64,000 bases of DNA. Origin: Acidobacteriota bacterium (GTDB lineage Bacteria > Acidobacteriota > UBA6911 > RPQK01). The DNA lies in NCBI GenBank assembly GCA_041946865.1, contig JBHGBF010000028.1:4257-68256 (forward strand), read 5' to 3'. This document shows, piece by piece, positions 36,170 through 45,210 of the stretch; within the stretch, counting starts at the first letter, position 1; every line of letters starts with the position of its first letter. Under the pieces are notes generated by a model. The model made no database searches. It saw only the letters and a program-made list of their open reading frames with translations, and had not been told where the DNA came from. The translations under genes and the position numbers were made by a program.

Positions 36170-36990
36170 TAGTTGTCCCCGTAGACAGAAATGATGTTAA
36201 GTCCCGTCAAGGCTCGCAGCTCCACTTCAATCGCCACCGCTTCCTCGCGCGTCACTCGTTTCAACGGCCGTGCCGGGTAATCGACCCCGTCATGGCTTCC
36301 GCGCGTCTGGATGACCCAGCTCTGAGGATACGGTCGCGTCGGGGTGTTCAACTGCACCTCGTCCGGCTGTAACCGGTTCAGTATAGCCGCAAAATCCCGG
36401 ATTTCACCTATGTTGACCCGCGTGAACATCATCTGGATCCCGAGAAAGCCACGGTATGTCTGGCGAAAAGCAGCCGTAGCAGAAATGATTCCCTCGAGGC
36501 TGACTCCGGAGACCGGCCGGTTGATGCGGTGAAACGTCTGTTCGGTCGCCCCATCGAGCTTGACAAAGACTTTGTCGCAGTTGCTCAAATCCTCCCGGAC
36601 CTCGGGGAGGTGAAGGAGCGTCCCATTGGTCAGGACCAGCACCGGCTTTCGCGTGTAGGCCTTCAAACCCTCCACAATCGCGCCCAGGTTGGCCGCCAGC
36701 GTCGGCTCGCCGCTTCCCGAGACCGTCATGATGTCCGCCTCGCGCCACCGGCTCTCGCTCAGATCCCGCATGACTTTCTCAGTCGGAACGAACACTTGTC
36801 TCTCATTGATCCGGACCTGGATAAAACCGAGCTGGCAGTAAGTACAGTTGAACGAGCAGATCGAGTTGACGCAGATAGGGTCTATACCGAGAGACATACC
36901 GACGCGCCAGCTGCGGACCGGACCATAAACGGAGGAGACGTCTTCGAGCCGCTGAACCTTCACTACTTCCTGGCTGGAATTTCCTCGCAT
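36169..36990 (-). CDS. Radical SAM protein (PflA/NrdG-activase-like size and CX3CX2C spacing)
   Basis: The protein has the 'CSFNCTYCQ' cluster and a 'TVSGSGEP' SAM-binding motif. The stop abuts the queF start. The start is ambiguous (36897, 36990 or 37065). Confidence 0.7.
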   Translation of the reverse strand: MRGNSSQEVVKVQRLEDVSSVYGPVRSWRVGMSLGIDPICVNSICSFNCTYCQLGFIQVRINERQVFVPTEKVMRDLSESRWREADIMTVSGSGEPTLAANLGAIVEGLKAYTRKPVLVLTNGTLLHLPEVREDLSNCDKVFVKLDGATEQTFHRINRPVSGVSLEGIISATAAFRQTYRGFLGIQMMFTRVNIGEIRDFAAILNRLQPDEVQLNTPTRPYPQSWVIQTRGSHDGVDYPARPLKRVTREEAVAIEVELRALTGLNIISVYGDN

Positions 36991-37009
36991 GCCAAGCGTA
37001 TTATACCAA

Positions 37010-37086
37010 CCCGCCACTCGGGCTCCGGAGCGGCCGGCTAAAAAGCGCAGGCCTCTTGCCTGCATGTGGCCCTGCTTTGCGTCCGC
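37010..37086 (+). repeat. Degenerate copy D of the AAAAAGCGC...CTTGC...GTGGC..GCTTT intergenic element
   Basis: The segment 'ctAAAAAGCGCaggcctCTTGCctgcatGTGGCcctGCTTTGC' shares order and spacing with copies A and B. It lies about 70 nt upstream of the HD-domain gene, in sense orientation. Confidence 0.3.
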
Positions 37087-37155
37087 ACCTGACTTGCGAG
37101 AGCCGCTTAATGATATGATAGATCTAGCCTTATCTCAGAAAGGCCGCTCGACAGT

Positions 37156-37776
37156 ATGGACGACATCGGTCAAGCTCTCGCGCAGATAACGATGGGGCCC
37201 TATGTTGCTAAAGCCATGGCCCTTATCGGGAAGAGCCGCAAAGCCGGTAGCAACATGTTCCGCCATCAACTGGACACCATGGCAATTCTCGTCGATTACA
37301 AGATGATTGACCCGGTCCTTCTGAAGGCTGCTGTGATCCACGATCTCTTCGAAGAGTGCAGCGGGATGCCGGGCGTTTCCCGCAACGAGATTGTCGGCGT
37401 CGACGCCGATGGCCAGGCGGTTTACGACCTGGTCATGGAGGTGACGCTCAAGGAACGGGACGGCAAACGGGAGCCGAAGTCAGAGTTCCTGAAACGGATC
37501 ATGGAAGCAGGCAGCGGCCGGGCAAAAATGCTCAAGCTCGCTGATCGCATCAGCAACCTGATTTCGTTGGGATTCGTTCACGACGATCAGTTCGTCCGCG
37601 ATGTCCTCGCTGAGACCAGGCAGTTTATCCTTCCCTACGCAGAGAAGATTAACCCGAACATGTATCGAGAAATGTATGACCTGGTCGCCGATCGCGAGCA
37701 CAAGTTGATGTTGCGCAATCAGTGCCAGCTGAGCCGGGCCGTGGAAATGCCGGCTCCCGAGCAGAAGACCGCCTGA
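37156..37776 (+). CDS. HD-domain protein resembling the RelA/SpoT (p)ppGpp hydrolase domain (small alarmone hydrolase-like)
   Basis: The 206-aa protein has 'RHQLDTMAIL', 'AAVIHDLFEE' and 'KLADRISNLISL' (compare SpoT 'KLADRLHNMRT'). Confidence 0.6.
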   Translation: MDDIGQALAQITMGPYVAKAMALIGKSRKAGSNMFRHQLDTMAILVDYKMIDPVLLKAAVIHDLFEECSGMPGVSRNEIVGVDADGQAVYDLVMEVTLKERDGKREPKSEFLKRIMEAGSGRAKMLKLADRISNLISLGFVHDDQFVRDVLAETRQFILPYAEKINPNMYREMYDLVADREHKLMLRNQCQLSRAVEMPAPEQKTA

Positions 37777-37792
37777 AACAAGCCCCGGCGGA

Positions 37793-38749
37793 TCATGGCC
37801 GGCTCCGCAGCGCCACCAGCCCCGCAGGCAGAGCGAACTGGACATTCTCGGTTCGCGTCACCAGCTCTTCGATTTGGGCTCCCTGTTTTTTGAAGAAATC
37901 CAGGACCTGGCTGACCAGGATCTCGGGAGCAGAAGCGCCCGAAGTCAATCCCACAGTCTCGACGCCTTCAAGCCACTGGGGCGGGATCGAGTCCACATCA
38001 TTGATCAAGTACGAACGCGCACCCTCCTTCTTAGCCTCTTCCACGAGTCGATTGGAGTTGCTGCTGTTGGCTGCGCCAACGACCAGGATCAGATCCGCGC
38101 GGACTGCGAGCTCGCGTACCGCCAACTGCCGGTTCTGAGTCGCATAGCAGATGTCCTCGGAAGGCGGACCTTGGGCGGCAGGGTACTTCTTCCTCAGCGC
38201 CTGAACGATCTCCCTCGTATCTTCCAGGCTCAGGGTGGTCTGGGTCAGATAGGCCACTTTCTCGGGATCCGAAATTTCAAGGTTTTCGACATCCTCGACA
38301 CTGCTGACCAGACGCATGTGCTCGGGCGCCTCGCCCATCGTCCCCACAACTTCATCGTGTCCCTTGTGACCGATGAGGACGATCGTGCAATCGCGCCGCG
38401 CGTATCTGAGAGCCTCGACGTGCACCTTGGTGACCAGAGGGCACGTGGCGTCGATCACCTGAAGACGCCGGCTGCGAGCTTCCTCCCATACGCCGGGCGC
38501 GACGCCGTGAGCGCTGAAGATCACGGTTGCGCTTTCGGGCACCTCGTCCAGCGCCTCGACAAACACGGCCCCTTTGCGGCGTAACTCTTCCACCACGTAG
38601 GGGTTGTGGACGATCTCCTTGCGGACATAGACGGGCTTCGGAAAGGCCTCGAGCGCGAGGTTGACGATCTCAATCGCCCGAACCACGCCCGCGCAAAACC
38701 CCCTGGGGCTGGCCAGGATGATTTTCTTCACCATAGGGATTTCGTCCAT
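37793..38749 (-). CDS. ispH: 4-hydroxy-3-methylbut-2-enyl diphosphate reductase
   Basis: The 318-aa protein has the N-terminus 'ILASPRGFCAGVVRAIEIV' and the three conserved Cys/His regions. Confidence 0.9.
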   Translation of the reverse strand: MDEIPMVKKIILASPRGFCAGVVRAIEIVNLALEAFPKPVYVRKEIVHNPYVVEELRRKGAVFVEALDEVPESATVIFSAHGVAPGVWEEARSRRLQVIDATCPLVTKVHVEALRYARRDCTIVLIGHKGHDEVVGTMGEAPEHMRLVSSVEDVENLEISDPEKVAYLTQTTLSLEDTREIVQALRKKYPAAQGPPSEDICYATQNRQLAVRELAVRADLILVVGAANSSNSNRLVEEAKKEGARSYLINDVDSIPPQWLEGVETVGLTSGASAPEILVSQVLDFFKKQGAQIEELVTRTENVQFALPAGLVALRSRP

Positions 38750-38838
38750 GGTAGCACGGAAACAAAACTGAGGGCTGACGCGGGGAGCTTTTCACCCGTT
38801 CGTGCCCTTGCGGTGGTCTACTCCGGTGCTCTACAGTA

Positions 38839-39579
38839 GTGCTCGCTATCATGCGTGTTTCGCTATTTGTGACCTGTCTGATCGACCAGCTCTACCCACA
38901 GGTCGGAATCAGTGCGGTGAAAGTTCTCAGGAAGCTTGGAGTGTCGGTCGATTTCGACCGGCGTCAGACCTGCTGCGGGCAGCCGGCCTTCAACACGGGT
39001 TACACCGAGGAGGCACGGCACGTGGCGCGGCACATGTTGGCCATCTATTCCGGACACGACCAGCCGATTGTCGTTCCATCCGGCTCATGTGCCGGCATGG
39101 TCAAGGTTTTCGTCCCGACTCTTTTTGCCGAAGGGACTCGCGAGCGGACGGCTGCCGACCAACTCGCCGCACGCATCTACGAGTTCTCGGACTTTGTCGT
39201 TTCCGTGCTTGGCCGTGAAAAGACCGGCGCCAGGTTTCCCGAGCCGGTGACGTACCATGACTCCTGCCACTTGCTTCGCGAATTGCACATCTTTGAGCAG
39301 CCCCGAAGGCTGATCCGGCACGTCGAAGGAATCGACTTCCGGGAAATGGAAAGCTCCACCCGGTGCTGCGGCTTCGGCGGAACTTTCGCCGTCAAATTCC
39401 CAGAAGTATCCACCGCCATGGGCGAGGACAAGATCCGGTGGATTCAAAACAGCGGGGCCCGCTATGTGATCGGTAACGACGTCAGCTGTCTGATGCATTT
39501 GGACGGGTTGCTCAGACGCAGGAGCATTCCGGTCAAGACCCTGCACCTGGCTGAACTGCTGGCGAAATTCAATGATTGA
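38839..39579 (+). CDS. lutA: Lactate utilisation protein A ((Fe-S)-binding CCG-domain protein)
   Basis: The protein has 'VSLFVTCLIDQLYPQVG' and two cysteine-rich CCG domains. It is 246 aa. Confidence 0.85.
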   Translation: MLAIMRVSLFVTCLIDQLYPQVGISAVKVLRKLGVSVDFDRRQTCCGQPAFNTGYTEEARHVARHMLAIYSGHDQPIVVPSGSCAGMVKVFVPTLFAEGTRERTAADQLAARIYEFSDFVVSVLGREKTGARFPEPVTYHDSCHLLRELHIFEQPRRLIRHVEGIDFREMESSTRCCGFGGTFAVKFPEVSTAMGEDKIRWIQNSGARYVIGNDVSCLMHLDGLLRRRSIPVKTLHLAELLAKFND

Positions 39580-40978
39580 AATACGCCCCCAAATCAAGTC
39601 GGCCCTGGCCGATTCTCAGCTTCAGAAGAACCTCAGGGTCACCCTGTCGAAGACGGCCATGGCGCGCCAACAAGCGATTGCTGAAGTCGCCAACTGGGAA
39701 GAGCTGCGCCGGCACGCCAGGCAGGTTAAGGCTCACACCATGTCGCGGCTGGGCGAATACCTGGAGCGGTTCGAGAAGAACGTCATTGCCCGAGGAGGAA
39801 ACGTTGTCTGGGCGAACACGGGCCGCGAAGCGCTCGAATTCATCTTGCAGCTCGCGCTTCGAAAAGGAATCCGCAAGGTCGTCAAGAGCAAGAGCATGCT
39901 CGGCGAAGAGATTCGCCTTAACGAGGAGCTGGAGCGAGACGGCATCGAGCCGATCGAGACCGATCTGGGTGAGTACATCGTCCAGCTCGGACACGAGCAT
40001 CCCTCCCACATCGTGATGCCTGCGCTCCACAAGTCCAAGGAGCAGGTCGCGGCACTGTTTGAAGACAAGCTGGGGATGCCGCCGACCGACGACTGCGAGA
40101 AGATCACCGCTATGGCTCGCAAAGTGCTGCGCCGGCACTTCCTGAGCGCCCGGATGGGAATCTCAGGGGTCAATTTCGGTGTCGCTGAAACCGGTACGAT
40201 CGTTGTGGTCGAAAACGAGGGTAACGCCCGTCTGTCGGTTTCCGTCCCCGAGATCCACGTGGCGATCATGGGCCTGGAGAAGGTCATTCCCCGGGCTGTC
40301 GATCTGAGCGTCTTTCTGAAGCTCCTGACACGGAACGCTACGGCCCAGAAGATCAGCACCTACGTCAACCTGATTGACGGAAAGCGCCGGCCCGGCGAGT
40401 TGGACGGGCCGTCGGAATTCCATCTGGTGCTGGTGGACAACGGGCGAACCCGAATCCTGGCCGATGAGTATCTGCGCCAGACACTCTACTGCATCCGTTG
40501 CGGCGCCTGCCTCGACGTCTGCCCCGTTTACCAGACGATCGGGGGACACGCCTATCACTCCACTTACCAGGGCCCGATTGGAGCGATCCTGACGCCCCAG
40601 CTGTTGTCTCCCGGTGACGCGCCCGAACATCCTTTCGCTTCGTCCCTGTGCGGCGCTTGCCAGGAGATCTGTCCGGTCAAGATCGAAATACCGCACATCC
40701 TGCTGAAGCTGAGGGAGAAGGTTCAGGATCAGAAAAGCGCGCGAGCCGGCAAGCTGCCTCTGGAGCGCTGGGGACTGCAGGTCTGGAGCTGGATCATGAC
40801 CTCCTCGAGCCGCTATGCCTTCGTAAATCGTCTGGCCAGGTCCCTGGCGAGAGTCTTCGCCAGAAAGGGCCATGTACCGGTGCCGCCGCTCAGTGCCTGG
40901 ACCAGGAGCCGGGAGCTGCCCATATTGGCTCCCCGGACTTTCCGGGAGCTGTTTCAAGAGGAAGAGAGGGAATCGTGA
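39572..40978 (+). CDS. lutB: Lactate utilisation protein B (4Fe-4S ferredoxin-type + LUD domain)
   Basis: The 468-aa protein has 'CIRCGACLDVCPVY' and 'CGACQEICPV' ferredoxin motifs and overlaps lutA by 8 nt. Confidence 0.85.
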   Translation: MIEIRPQIKSALADSQLQKNLRVTLSKTAMARQQAIAEVANWEELRRHARQVKAHTMSRLGEYLERFEKNVIARGGNVVWANTGREALEFILQLALRKGIRKVVKSKSMLGEEIRLNEELERDGIEPIETDLGEYIVQLGHEHPSHIVMPALHKSKEQVAALFEDKLGMPPTDDCEKITAMARKVLRRHFLSARMGISGVNFGVAETGTIVVVENEGNARLSVSVPEIHVAIMGLEKVIPRAVDLSVFLKLLTRNATAQKISTYVNLIDGKRRPGELDGPSEFHLVLVDNGRTRILADEYLRQTLYCIRCGACLDVCPVYQTIGGHAYHSTYQGPIGAILTPQLLSPGDAPEHPFASSLCGACQEICPVKIEIPHILLKLREKVQDQKSARAGKLPLERWGLQVWSWIMTSSSRYAFVNRLARSLARVFARKGHVPVPPLSAWTRSRELPILAPRTFRELFQEEERES

Positions 40979-40986
40979 GCCGTTCA

Positions 40987-41664
40987 ATGATCATGGACAA
41001 GCTCCGGCGGCTGCAACAGGACGAGGGCGCTCCTGAGCTGCCTTCGCGTCTGCCCGAATTTCCCCGGTTTTCCGACCCGGTTGACCAGTTCAGGATCGAA
41101 CTTGAAAAAGTGTCAGGCGTATTCCTGGACGGCCGCAGCCCTGAGCTGATTTGTCAGGCCTTGGAACGAATGTTGAACGAGGCCAAAGCCAGCGAGATCT
41201 TCTGGGAGAGCGAAGAGCTGTTCACCAGGCACGGTATCCCCTGCCGGTTGCGTGACTCTGAAGCCTTTCGGCGCGGGCACCTGATCAGCAGCAACCATCC
41301 CCTCAGACAAGTGCGCCTTCCGCTGACGCTCTATTCGCGTCAATACAGCCGTGAGACCCTGGCCAGCCTCACCATCTCCGCCTCAAGCGCGATCTGCGGC
41401 ATAGCCGAAACCGGCTCAGTGCTCGAAGGCGCCGGCCCTCGTGTCGGCCGCCTGCTTTCAGTCCTGCCGCCGGTTCACGTCGCCTTCCTGCGCCAACGCG
41501 ACTTGCTTATGAACCAGGCGGAGCTCTTCTCTCGCATCACACTCGGAAACGGGGCAAGCTATCAGGTGCTCGTGACCGGACCCAGCCGGACGGCCGATAT
41601 CGAAAAAACCCTCGTCCTCGGCGTCCACGGCCCCCAAAAGCACTACGTCATTCTGACGGAGTAG
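40987..41664 (+). CDS. lutC: Lactate utilisation protein C (LUD/DUF162 domain)
   Basis: I trimmed the ORF from 40648 to the ATG 9 nt after the lutB stop, giving 225 aa. The N-terminus 'MIMDKLRRLQQ' fits LutC. Confidence 0.75.
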   Translation: MIMDKLRRLQQDEGAPELPSRLPEFPRFSDPVDQFRIELEKVSGVFLDGRSPELICQALERMLNEAKASEIFWESEELFTRHGIPCRLRDSEAFRRGHLISSNHPLRQVRLPLTLYSRQYSRETLASLTISASSAICGIAETGSVLEGAGPRVGRLLSVLPPVHVAFLRQRDLLMNQAELFSRITLGNGASYQVLVTGPSRTADIEKTLVLGVHGPQKHYVILTE

Positions 41665-41793
41665 GCTGGTGGTCCGACCTTCCAGAAAACAGACATCCTG
41701 CCGGAATGCATCAGGATCGTCGGGGCACGGGAGCACAACCTCAACGATTCCTCCCTGATATTGTCTGTGTGGCCAGGTACTGCACGCCTCAGC

Positions 41794-43509
41794 TTATGGC
41801 TTAAGGTCTTTTACTGCGCTTGACGACAACACCGTCTTCGGGATCGGCAGAGAAAGCATCTCGGACAGGCTCTGAGAATGAGAGACTGCCTCCCGGCACA
41901 GCAGCAGTTGCTGATCGCTTAGCCGGTCCCTTCTCGTAAAAAGCACTATGACGTCGCGATTGCGATACTCGTCCAACCCTTCAAAAACGCGAGTCAGACA
42001 GAAGCTCGCCCGGAAATCCGTTTGTTGAAGCAGTTCGGGATACAGGAGACTGGGTTCCCCCTCCCGTTCCACAACGGCCGCCAGCCAATGAGTCACCCCG
42101 CGGCGCCGAAGGTAACTCCATTCCAGAGGGTGACGCGCCAGGTAGTGGTCGTTGAGTCCCATAACGTCGACCACTTCGCGATCGGCATAGTACGGTATTT
42201 GCCCGGCTTGGTCGACTGCCAGCACAGCGTTTGCGGGGAGGTTCTCTTTGACCCATTTCCCGAGCACGAAAAGCGGCGTAGCGTGGCGCGCAGTCAGGGT
42301 TTGACGCACTCGCTCCATGCTCAGGAGAGGGAGCGTGCCGTAGAAGAGGGGATTTTGAAAGAACTGAGTGATTGGTTGGAAGGCGAGAAGAACAACAGCC
42401 AGAACCGGACTCCAGATTCGTCCCGGCCAGATGGTCTTCGCGCCCGCGAAATTCGGAAGTGGTTGCCCGACAACCACCATCAGGATTGGGACAACAGAGA
42501 GCACATTAATCAAACACCAGGTTACCTGGAAGAATCTGAATAGTGGCCAGAAATCACCGCCCACACTGGCTACAAAAACGAGGTTCGAGGCCATGACGAG
42601 ACCCACCAGGGAGAGCGCCCTGTAGGAAAGGTTTTTGAGCCAGATAAATCCGGCCAGGGCAAAGAGCATTTCCACCCCCAGTCTCTCCCGAAAGAATTGG
42701 CCGCTGTAACGAAGGCCGGTTTTCAATATTCCCACCCAGCTCCTGATATCCCCGTCGGCCCGGAGCGCAACCTTCGCGTAGAACGTATTCGGCAGCCACT
42801 CGCCATACAGAAAATGGCGCAGCAGCAGGAAACCAGTGAAGAGCAAAAAGAAGGGCAGAAGCCAATTCAACAATAGCCTTCGAAACAAAAGCTTCCGGAG
42901 TGTCACAAGCAAGAACAATCCCGCAACGCCCGCGTACAGGATCCCCTCCGGTCGGGTCAGCGCGACGGCAAGCCAGAGCAACATGTTCAGCAACTGGTTG
43001 CACGACCGAGGTTCCTGATCGGTCCTGAGCGTGTGCCACAAGCCGGCCAGAACGAGCGCCGTGAAGCTGACCGTCTCCATCCCGCTCTTGGTATAAACAA
43101 GAACCGAGGGGTTCAGAGCCACGAGCAAAGCAGCAAGCCCGGTCACCCATACCGGCGCGGCTTTTCCGGCCTTGCCGGTGATTTCTCGAAGGAGTTTTGC
43201 GCTAAAGAGACCCAGAGCAACCGCCGAAAAGAAGGACGCCAGCTTGATCCAGAGGAAGACCGAACCAGGCAGCCAGTAGAAACCGGCCGTGAGCAGCGTC
43301 CACAAAGGGTTCGAAAAGCCCTCCACGCGCGAATAACCGGAGACCGCCTGCTGCTGAAGAGTGAGAAAAAACGGACCGACCCCTCGCGCCAGGTTGCGCG
43401 CGTAGAGCATGCCTATAAACGAATCATCCCACAAGTCGTTGTTTCCGAACAGAAACTGGAGCCCAGCGAACAGGACGACCAGAATCGACACGTAAGCGGC
43501 GCGACGCAT
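41794..43509 (-). CDS. Polytopic membrane protein, glycosyltransferase-like (GT39/GT83/ArnT-PMT superfamily, tentative)
   Basis: The 571-aa protein has at least 12 TM segments and N-terminal loop motifs reminiscent of lipid-linked-sugar transferases. No stronger assignment is possible by eye. Confidence 0.45.
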   Translation of the reverse strand: MRRAAYVSILVVLFAGLQFLFGNNDLWDDSFIGMLYARNLARGVGPFFLTLQQQAVSGYSRVEGFSNPLWTLLTAGFYWLPGSVFLWIKLASFFSAVALGLFSAKLLREITGKAGKAAPVWVTGLAALLVALNPSVLVYTKSGMETVSFTALVLAGLWHTLRTDQEPRSCNQLLNMLLWLAVALTRPEGILYAGVAGLFLLVTLRKLLFRRLLLNWLLPFFLLFTGFLLLRHFLYGEWLPNTFYAKVALRADGDIRSWVGILKTGLRYSGQFFRERLGVEMLFALAGFIWLKNLSYRALSLVGLVMASNLVFVASVGGDFWPLFRFFQVTWCLINVLSVVPILMVVVGQPLPNFAGAKTIWPGRIWSPVLAVVLLAFQPITQFFQNPLFYGTLPLLSMERVRQTLTARHATPLFVLGKWVKENLPANAVLAVDQAGQIPYYADREVVDVMGLNDHYLARHPLEWSYLRRRGVTHWLAAVVEREGEPSLLYPELLQQTDFRASFCLTRVFEGLDEYRNRDVIVLFTRRDRLSDQQLLLCREAVSHSQSLSEMLSLPIPKTVLSSSAVKDLKP

Positions 43510-43575
43510 TAGATCACGGATTTTAGCATCAAGCGCCGGATCAAGGGTTCGAGTGAGCGGTGGCGGACTCGGGGA

Positions 43576-45210
43576 TCAGCTGGCTTGCTCCGCTACCTTG
43601 ATCAGCTGCCTGGCGGGAACGTTTCGCAAGGTTTGTTTACGGCCGGACGGCCAGACAACCTCCACTTCGTCGGCGTGGCTTCTGGGTCCAAGACCGAAAG
43701 TCAGTCGAAGCTGGGATTGGCTGCAATAGCTGGCGCCACTCTTCACCGTCTGAACCTGGCGCAGCGGCCCGGCCTTGACTCGGACCACCGCGCCGACCCC
43801 ATCGCGGTTGCTCGGGCTTCCTTTCAGTTCAAAGGCGACCCAGTTATTCCGGCTGCCGCCCTCGTTACGGAAAAGGGCCGCGGGGCCTCCAGACGTTGTG
43901 ATCAGGACGTCCAGGTCCCCGTCATTGTCGATGTCGCCATAGGCGGCGCCCCGGCCTACTCGAGGCGCGCTGAAATCCTTGCCCATGAGGTCGGTTACAT
44001 GCGCAAACCGGCCCCGGCCTTTGTTCTCAAACAGGTGGGGCGGCTGCGCATAGGTCACCCGCTTCTGGACGCGGTTGATATCGTTCTCGACGTGGCCGTT
44101 GGCGACATATATATCCGGCCGCCCGTCGAGGTTGTAGTCGAAAAAGAAACATCCAAACGCAAGCGTGAGGAGACTTGCGGGACCGAGGGCCGAACGAGGC
44201 GCCTCGTCAATAAAAAACCCGGTGCCCTCGTTATGGTAAAGAGCCAGCATCTGGTTGGAGAAGTTGCCGATTACGACGCTCAGATGGCCTGAGCCGTCAT
44301 AGTCGGCAGCATCGATTCCCATCGCGCCGCGCGCCACTCCGTCCTCGCTGAACGCCACCCCCGCCATCACTCCGACCTCGGCGAAGGTCCCGTCGTGCTT
44401 GTTTTCCCACAGTTTGTTCGGCTGGGTGTCGTTGGCCTGGAGGACGTCGGGCCACCCGTCCCAGTTGTAATCAAAGACCAGAACTCCGAGCCCCTTGTTT
44501 GTCTCGTCAAAGAGCTTCGCCTCCTTGGTCACATCCTTGAAGCGTCCACGGCCGAGGTTTTTGTAGAGTCGAGGTGACACACCCGGGTACGATTCGGGCG
44601 TGCAATAGGACTTGGATTCACCGTCCAAGGTGCAGAAAAGGTCGCTTTCGCGACCCCACTTCACGTAATTGGCCACAAACAGGTCGAGCTGCCCGTCGCG
44701 GTTGTAATCCAGCCAGGCTGCGCTGCTGCCGAAGTCCGGATTCCCCAAACCCGCCGCCCGGGTCACGTCATGAAAAACACCGTTGCCCTGGTTCTGAAAC
44801 AGGCGATCAGCCCCGAGAGCGGTCACGTAGATATCCTGATCACCGTCGTTGTCGTAATCGGCGATGGCACATCCCATCCCATACATCTCGACGGCAAGAC
44901 CCGCCGGTCTGGTCACGTCAGTGAAAGTTCCGTTCTTGTTGTTCCGATAAAGACTGGAATAGCTGATTTTCTTCTTCCGTTCCGGCCAGTCGCTCCCGTT
45001 CACCAGGAAGATGTCGAGCCAGCCGTCGTTGTTGTAGTCGAGGAAGGCACAGCCGGCGCCCATCGTCTCGGGCAGGTACTTCTTTCCGTAAGCTCCGTTA
45101 TTGTGAACGAAATTAATGCCTGCCTGGCGGGTTACGTTGGTAAAACGCACCTGCGCGGCGACCGGGACCAGGAAGCCCGTCAGCAGCCAAATCCAGAGAA
45201 GTCGCTTCAT
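43576..45210 (-). CDS. CRTAC1 family protein (FG-GAP/VCBS repeats + ASPIC/UnbV C-terminal domain), secreted
   Basis: The signal peptide 'MKRLLWIWLLTGFLVPVAAQ' is followed by repeated 'DYNNDGWLD / DYDNDGDQD / DYNRDGQLD' calcium-binding FG-GAP loops, and the C-terminal 'WPSGRKQTL' region is ASPIC-like. Confidence 0.8.
   Translation of the reverse strand: MKRLLWIWLLTGFLVPVAAQVRFTNVTRQAGINFVHNNGAYGKKYLPETMGAGCAFLDYNNDGWLDIFLVNGSDWPERKKKISYSSLYRNNKNGTFTDVTRPAGLAVEMYGMGCAIADYDNDGDQDIYVTALGADRLFQNQGNGVFHDVTRAAGLGNPDFGSSAAWLDYNRDGQLDLFVANYVKWGRESDLFCTLDGESKSYCTPESYPGVSPRLYKNLGRGRFKDVTKEAKLFDETNKGLGVLVFDYNWDGWPDVLQANDTQPNKLWENKHDGTFAEVGVMAGVAFSEDGVARGAMGIDAADYDGSGHLSVVIGNFSNQMLALYHNEGTGFFIDEAPRSALGPASLLTLAFGCFFFDYNLDGRPDIYVANGHVENDINRVQKRVTYAQPPHLFENKGRGRFAHVTDLMGKDFSAPRVGRGAAYGDIDNDGDLDVLITTSGGPAALFRNEGGSRNNWVAFELKGSPSNRDGVGAVVRVKAGPLRQVQTVKSGASYCSQSQLRLTFGLGPRSHADEVEVVWPSGRKQTLRNVPARQLIKVAEQAS

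Noticed and set aside
36898-37155. A preQ1 riboswitch in the leader of the radical-SAM/queF operon.
   Set aside because: No preQ1-I hairpin or A-rich tail could be recognised in the minus-strand leader. Only the unrelated AAAAAGCGC repeat copy (plus strand) is present.
40648-40986. The 113-aa N-terminal extension of lutC overlapping lutB.
   Set aside because: It overlaps the conserved lutB C-terminus in another frame. The ATG 9 nt after the lutB stop gives the canonical LutC length.
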